Shown here piece by piece: positions 56,001 to 64,000 of a stretch of 64,000 bases of DNA. The DNA is from Eledone cirrhosa. Lineage: Eukaryota. The first letter of the stretch is position 1; each line of letters opens with the position of its first letter. The notes beneath the pieces are model-generated. The model made no database searches, had not been told where the DNA came from, and worked only from the letters and a program-made list of their open reading frames with translations. The DNA lies in NCBI GenBank assembly GCA_964016885.1, contig OZ024742.1, forward strand, positions 12,524,001 to 12,588,000, written 5' to 3'. The position numbers and the translations under genes were made by a program.

Positions 56001-59000
56001 GTGGGTATGGTGGATACGGTGCGTATGGTGGGTATGGTGGGTATGGTGGGTATGGTGGATATGCTGGGTATGGTGGATATGGTGGATATGGTGGGTATGG
56101 TGGGTATGGTGGGTATAGTTGGTATGTTGGGTATGGTGGGTATGGTGGATATGGTGGGTATGGTGTATATGGTGGATACGGTGGGTATGGTGGATATGGT
56201 ACATATGATGGGTATGGTGGATATGGTGGGTATGGTGGATACGGTGGGTATGGTGGGTATGGTGGGTATGGTGGGTATGGTGGATATGGTGGATATGGTG
56301 GGTATGGTCGGTATGGTGGGTATGGTGGGTGTGGTGGGTATGGTGGGTATGGTGGGTATGGTGGGTATGGTGGATACGGTGGGTATGGTGGGTATGGTGA
56401 GTATGGTGGGTATGGTGGGTATGGTGGGTATGGTAGATATGGTGAGTATGGTGGGTATGGTGGGTATGGTGGATATGGTGGATATGGTGGGTGTGGTGGG
56501 TATGGTGGGTATGGGGGGTATGGTGGGGATGGTGGATACGGTGGGTATGGTGGGTATGGTGAGTATGATGGGTATGGTAGATATGGTGGGTATGGTGGGT
56601 ATGGTGGGTATGGTGGGTATGGTGGGTATGGTGGGTATGGTGGATACGGTGCGTATGGTGGGTATGGTGGGTATGGTGGATATGCTGGGTATGGTGGATA
56701 TGGTGGGTATGGTGGGTATGGTGGGTACGGTGGGTATGGTGGATATGGTGGGTATGGTGGGTATTGTGGGTATGGTGGATATAGTGGGTATGGTGGATAC
56801 GGTGCGTATGGTGGGTGTGGTGGGTATGGTGGGTATGGTGGATATGCTGGGTATGGTGGATATGGTGGATATGGTGGGTATGGTGGGTATGGTGGGTATA
56901 GTTGGTATGTTGGATATGGTGGGTATGGTGGATATGGTGGGTATGGTGTATATGGTGGATACGGTGGGTATGGTGGATATGGTACATATGATGGGTATGG
57001 TGGATATGGTGGGTATGGTGGGTATGGTGGGTATGGTGGATATGGTGGGTATGGTGGGTCTGGTGGATATGGTGGGTATGGTGGGTATGGTGGGTATGGT
57101 GGGTATGGTGGGTATGGTGGGTATGGTGGTATGGTGGGTATGGTGGGTATGGTGGGTATGGTAGGTATGGTGGGTATGGTGGGTATGTTGGATAGGGTGG
57201 GTATGGTGGGTATGGTGGGTATGTTGGATGGGGTGGGTATGGTGGGTATGGTGTATATGGTGGGTATGGTGGTTATGGTGGGTATGGTGGGTATGGTGGG
57301 TATGGTGTATATGGTGGATATGGTGGGTATGGTGGATATGGTGGGTATAGTGGATATGGTGGGTATGGTGGATATGGTGGATATGGTGGGTATGGTGGGT
57401 ATGGTGGGTATGGTGGGTATGGTGGATATGGTGGGTATGGTTGATATGGTGGGTATGGTGGATATGGTGGGTATGGTAGATATGGTGGATATGGTGGGTA
57501 TGGTGGATATGGTAGGTATGGTGGGTATGGTGGGTATGGTGGGTATGGTGGGTATGGTGGATATGGTGGATATGGTGGGTATAGTGGATATGGTAGGTAT
57601 GGTGGGTATGGTGGGTATGGTGGGTATGGTGGATGTGGTGGATATGATGGGTATGGTGGATATGGTGGGTATGGTGGATATGGTGGGTATGGTGGGTATG
57701 GTGGATATGGTGGATATGGTGGGTATGGTGGGTATGGTGGATATGGTGGGTATGGTTGATATGGTGGGTATGGTGGATATGGTGGGTATGGTAGGTATGG
57801 TGGATATGGTGGATATGGTGGGTATGGTGGATATGGTGGGTTTGGTGGGTATGGTGGATATGGTGGGTTTGGTGGGTATGGTGGGTATGGTGGGTATGGT
57901 GGGTCTGGTGGATATGGTGGGTATGGTGGGTATGGTGGATATGGTGGGTATGGTGGGTATGGTGGATATGGTGGGTATGGTGGGTATGGTGGGTATGGTG
58001 GATATGGTGGGTATTGTGGGTATGTTGGGTATGATGGGTATGGTGGGTATGGTGGGTATGGTGGGTATGGTGGATATGGTGGATATGGTGGGTATGGTGG
58101 GTATGGTGGGTATGGTGGGTATGGTGGATATGGTGGATATGGTGGGTATGGTAGGTATGGTGGATAGGGTGGGTAAGGTGGGTATGGTTGATATGCTGGG
58201 TATGGTGGATATGGTGGGTATGGTGGGTATGGTGGATACGGTGGGTATGGTGGGTATGGTGGGTATGGTGGATATGGTGGGTATGGTGGGTATGGTGGAT
58301 ATGGTGGGTATGGTTGATATGGTGGGTATGGTGGATATGGTGGGTATGGTAGATATGGTGGATATGGTGGATATGGTGGGTATGGTGGATATGGTAGGTA
58401 TGGTGGGTATGGTGGGTATGGTGGGTATGGTGGGTATGGTGGGTATGGTGGGTATGGTGGGTATGGTGTATATGGTGGATATGGTGGGTATGGTGGATAT
58501 GGTAGGTATGGTGGGTATGGTGGGTATGCTGGATGTGGTGGATATGATGGGTATGGTGGATATGGTGGATATGGTGGATATGGTGGGTATGGTGGGTATG
58601 GTGGGTATGGTTGATATGGTGGATATGGTGGATATGGTGGGTATGGTGGGTATGGTGGATATGGTGGATATGGTGGGTATGGTGGGTATGGTGGATATGG
58701 TGGGTATGGTTGATATGGTGGCTATGTTGGATAGGGTGGGTATGGTGGGTATGGTGGGTATGTATGATAGGGTGGGTATGGTGGGTATGGTGTATATGGT
58801 GGGTATGGTGGTTATGGTGGGTATGGTGGGTATGGTGAGTATGGTGGGTATGGTGGGTATGGTGGATATGGTGGGTATGATGGATATGGTGGGTATGGTG
58901 GGTGTGGTGGGTATGGTGGGTATGGTGGGTATGGTGGGTATGGTGTGTATGGTGGGTGTGGTGGGTATGGTGGATATAGTGGGTATGGTGGGTATGGTGG

Positions 59001-62000
59001 GTATGGTGGATATGGTGGGTATGGTGGGTATGGTGGGTATGGTGGGTATGGTGGATATGGTGGGTATGGTGGGTATGGTGGGTATGGTGCGTATGGTGGA
59101 TATGGTGGGTATGGTGGATATGATGGGTATGGTGGATATGGTGTGTATAGTGGATATGGTGGGTATGGTGGATACGGTGGGTATGGTAGGTATGGTGGAT
59201 ATGGTGGATATGGTGGGTATGGTGGATATGGTGGATATGGTGGGTATGGTGGATATGGTGGGTTTGGTGGGTATGGTGGGTATGGTGGGTATAGTGGATG
59301 TGGTGGGTATGGTGGATATGGTGGATATGGTGGATGTGGTGGATATGATGGGTATGGTGGATATGGTGGGTATGGTGGATATGATGGGTATGGTGGGTAT
59401 GGTGGATATGGTGGATATGGTGGGTATGGTGGGTATGGTGGATATGGTGGGTATGGTTGATATGGTGGGTATGGTGGATATGGTGGGTATGGTAGGTATG
59501 GTGGATTTGGTGGATATGGTGGGTATGGTGGATATGGTGGATATGGTGGGTATGGTGGATATGGTGGGTTTGGTTGGTATGGTGGGTATGGTGGGTATGA
59601 TGGATATGGTGCGTATGGTGGTTTTGGTGGGTATGGTGGGTATGGTGGGTATGGTAGGTATGGTGGATATGGTGGATATTGTGGGTATGGTGGGTATGGT
59701 GGGTATGGTGTGTATGGTGGATATAGTGGATATGGTGGGTATGGTGGGTATTGTGGGTATGGTGGATATGGTGGATATGGTGGGTATGGTGGGTATGGTG
59801 GGTATGGTGGGTATGGTGGATATGGTGGGTATGGTGGTTATGGTGCGTATGGTGGATATGGTGGATATGCTGGGTATGGTGGATATGGTGGGTATTGTGG
59901 GTATGGTAGGTATGGTGGATATGGTGGATATGGTGGGTATGGTGGTTATGGTGCGTATGGTGGATATGGTGGATATGCTGGGTATGGTGGATATGGTGGG
60001 TATTGTGGGTATGGTAGGTATGGTGGATATGGTGGATATGGTGTGTATGGTGTGTATGGTGGGTATGGTGGATATGGTGGGTATGGTGGGTATGGTGGGT
60101 TTGGTGGATATGGTGGGTATGGTGGGTATGGTGGGTATGGTGGATATGGTGGGTATGATGGATTTGGTGGATATGGTGGGTATGGTGGGTATGGTGGGTA
60201 TGGTGGGTATGGTGGGTATGGTGGGTATGGTGGGTATGGTGGGTATGGTGGGTATGGTGGGTATGGTGGGTATGGTGGATATGGTGGGTATGGTGGGTAT
60301 GGTGGGTATGGTAGGTATGGTGGATATGGTGGATATGGTGGGTATGGTGGGTATGGTGGGTTTGGTGGGTATGGTGGATATGGTGGATAAGGTGGATATG
60401 GTGGGTATGGTGGGTATGGTGGGTATGGTGGGTATGGTGGATATGGTGGGTGTGGTGGGTATGGTGGATATAGTGGGTATGGTGGGTATGGTGGGTATGG
60501 TGGATATGGTGGGTATGGTGGGTATGGTGGGTATGGTGGATATGGTGGGTATGGTGGGTATGGTGGGTATGGTGCGTATTATGGGTATAGGGGATATGGT
60601 GGATATGGTAGGTATGGTGGGTATGGTGGATATGGTGGGTATAGTTGATATGGTGGGTATGGTGGATATGGTGGGTATAGTGGGTATGGTGGATATGGTG
60701 GGTATGGTGGATATGGTGGGTGGGGTGGGTATGGTGGGTATGGTGGATATGGTGGGTATGGTGGGTATGGTAGGTATGGTGGATATGGTGGATATGGTGG
60801 GTATGGTGGATATGGTGTGTATGGTGGATATGGTGGATATGGTGGGAATGGTGGATATGGTGGGTATGGTGGGTATCGTGGGTATGGTGGGTATGGTAGA
60901 TATGCTGGGTATGGTGGATATGGTGGGTATTGTGGGTATGGTAGGTATGGTGGATATGGTGGATATGGTGGATATGGTGGGTATGGTGGGTATGGTGGAT
61001 ATGGTGGGTATGGTGGATATGGTGGGTATGGTGGGTATGGTGGGTTTGGTGGATATGGTGGGTATGGTGGGTATGGTGGGTATGGTGGATATGGTGGGTA
61101 TGGTGGATTTGGTGGATATGGTGGATATGGTGGATATGGTGGATATGGTGGATATGGTGGGTATGGTGGGTATGGTGGGTTTGGTGGGTATGGTGGGTAT
61201 GGTGGGTATGGTGGGTATGGTGGGTATGGTGGATATGGTGGGTATGGTGGGTATGGTGGGTATGGTGGGTATGGTGGGTATGGTGGGTATGGTGGGTATG
61301 GTGGATATGGTGGATATGATGGGTATGGTGGGTATGGTGGATATGGTGGGTATGGTGGGTATGGTGGGTATGGTGGATATGGTGGGTATGGTGGATTTGG
61401 TGGATATGGTGGATATGGTGGATATGGTGGATATGGTGGATATGGTGGGTATGGTGGGTATGGTGGGTTTGGTGGGTATGGTGGGTATGGTGGGTATGGT
61501 GGGTATGGTGGGTATGGTGGATATGGTGGGTATGGTGGGTATGGTGGGTATGGTGGGTATGGTGGGTATGGTGGGTATGGTGGGTATGGTGGATATGGTG
61601 GATATGATGGGTATGGTGGGTATGGTGGATATGCTGGGTATGGTGGATATGGTGGGTATGGTGGGTATGGTGGGTATGGTGGATATGGTGGGTATGGTGT
61701 GTATGGTGGGTATGGTGGATATGGTGGGTATGGTGGGTTTGGTGGATATGCTGGATATGGTGGATATGGTGGGTATGGTGGGTATGGTGGATATGGTGGA
61801 TATGGTGGGTATGGTGGATATGGTGGTTATGGTGGGTATGGTGGATATGCTGGGTATGGTGGATAAGCTGGGTATGGTGGATATGGTGGGTATGGTGGGT
61901 ATGGTGGATACGGTGGGTGTGGTGGGTATGGTGGGTATGGTGTATATGGTGGATATGGTGGGTATGGTGGATATGGTGGGTATGGTGGGTATGGTGGATA

Positions 62001-64000
62001 TGGTGGGTATGGTGGATATGCTGGGTATGGTGGGTATGGTGGATATGGTGGGTATGGTGGATATGCTGGGTATGGTGGATAAGCTGGGTATGGTGGATAT
62101 GTTGGGTATGGTGGGTATGGTGGATACGGTGGGTGTGGTGGGTATGGTGGGTATGGTGTATATGGTGGATATGGTGGGTATGGTGGATATGGTGGGTATG
62201 GTGGGTATGGTGGATATGGTGGGTATGGTGGATATGCTGGGTATGGTGGGTATGGTGGATATGGTGGGTATGGTGGATATGCTGGGTATGGTGGATATGC
62301 TGGGTATGGTGGATATGGTGGGTATGGTGGGTATGTTGGATACGGTGGGTATGGTGGGTATGGTGGGTATGGTGGATATGGTGGATATGGTGGGTATGGT
62401 GGGTTTGGTGGGTATGGTGGGTATGGTGGATATGGTGGGTATGGTGGGCATGGTGGATATGGTGGGTATGGTGGTTATGCTGGGTATGGTGGGTATAGTG
62501 GGTATGGTGGGTATGGTGGATACGGTGGGTATGGTGGGTATGGTGGGTATGGTGGATATGGTGGATATGGCGGGTTCGGTGGATACGGTGGGTATGGTGG
62601 GTATGGTGGATATGGTAGATATGGTGAGTATGGTGGGTATGGTGGGTATGGTGGATATGGTGGATATGGTGGGTGTGGTGGGTATGGTGGGTATGGTGGG
62701 TATGGTGGGTATGGTGGGTATGGTGGATACGGTGGGTATGGTGGGTATGGTGTGTATGGTGGGTTTGGTGGGTATGGTGGGTATGGTGGGTATGGTGGGT
62801 ATGGTAGATATGGTGAGTATGGTGGGTATGGTGGGTATGGTGGATATGGTGGATATGGTGGGTGTGGTGGGTATGGTGGGTATGGTGGGTATGGTGGGTA
62901 TGGTGGATACGGTGGGTATGGTGGGTATGGTGAGTATGATGGGTATGGTAGATATGGTGGGTATGGTGGGTATGGTGGGTATGGTGGGTATGGTGGGTAT
63001 GGTGGTTATGGTGCGTATGGTGGGTATGGTGGGTATGGTGGGTATGGTGGGTATGGTGGATACGGTGCGTATGGTGGGTATGGTGGGTATGGTGGATATG
63101 CTGGGTATGGTGGATATGGTGGGTATGGTGGGTATGGTGGGTATGGTGGGTATGGTGGGTATGGTGGATATGGTGGGTATGGTGGGTATTGTGGGTATGG
63201 TGGATATAGTGGGTATGGTGGATACGGTGCGTATGGTGGGTATGGTGGGTATGGTGGGTATGGTGGATATGCTGGGTATGGTGGATATGGTGGATATGGT
63301 GGGTATGGTGGGTATGGTGGGTATAGTTGGTATGTTGGGTATGGTGGGTATGGTGGATATGGTGGGTATGGTGTATATGGTGGATACGGTGGGTATGGTG
63401 GATATGGTACATATGATGGGTATGGTGGATATGGTGGGTATGGTGGATACGGTGGGTATGGTGGGTATGGTGGGTATGGTGGATATGGTGGGTATGGTGG
63501 GTCTGGTGGATATGGTGGGTATGGTGGGTATGGTGGATATGGTGGGTATGGTGGGTATGGTGGGTATGGTGGATATGGTGGGTATGGTGGGTATGGTGGG
63601 TATGGTAGGTATGGTGGGTATGGTGGGTATGTTGGATAGGGTGGGTATGGTGGGTATGGTGGGTATGTTGGATGGGGTGGGTATGATGGGTATGGTGTAT
63701 ATGGTGGGTATGGTGGTTATGGTGGGTATGGTGGGTATGGTGGGTATGGTGGGTATGGTAGGTATGGTGGATATGGTGGATATTGTGGGTATGGTGGGTA
63801 TGGTGGGTATGGTGTGTATGGTGGATATAGTGGATATGGTGGGTATGGTGGGTATTGTGGGTATGGTGGATATGGTGGATATGGTGGGTATGGTGGGTAT
63901 GGTGGGTATGGTGGGTATGGTGGATATGGTGGGTATGGTGGTTATGGTGCGTATGGTGGATATGGTGGATATGCTGGGTATGGTGGATATGGTGGGTATT
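47089..64000. repeat. >16.9-kb 9-bp satellite (ATGGTGGGT/ATGGTGGAT) with ~7.2-kb higher-order repeat
   Basis: Continuous array to the window end. Diagnostic variants recur at offsets 7217/7208 (51394/58611, 52493/59710, 53609/60817, 54709/61917). Confidence 0.98.

Noticed and set aside
46990-63412. Giant ORFs (5260, 3017, 2416, 2217, 926 aa)
   Set aside because: Stop-poor frames of a 9-bp satellite, open in several frames on both strands, with no unique domain.

Overview
AT-rich eukaryotic, non-genic DNA. The SINE motifs and the very high (TA)n/(CA)n density suggest an octopus-like cephalopod (inference). No intact host gene is evident, and nearly all supplied ORFs are translations of simple repeats. 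Bases 1-46.9 kb are a patchwork of microsatellites and retroelement remnants. These are dominated by several families of Penelope-like element (PLE) derivatives that sit in (TA)n tracts as fold-back units with both 3' ends pointing outward. About 17 type I hammerhead ribozyme (HHR) motifs can be read by eye, some canonical and some degenerate, most with palindromic stem-loop III. Also present: a LINE ORF1 5' end, a CRE-type endonuclease fragment, two Helitron remnants, an internally deleted RTE with a TSD, a hAT MITE, tRNA-derived SINEs and minisatellites. Bases 47.1-64 kb are a G-rich 9-bp satellite (ATGGTGGRT) with a ~7.2-kb higher-order repeat. All calls and coordinates are by eye; no database searches were run.
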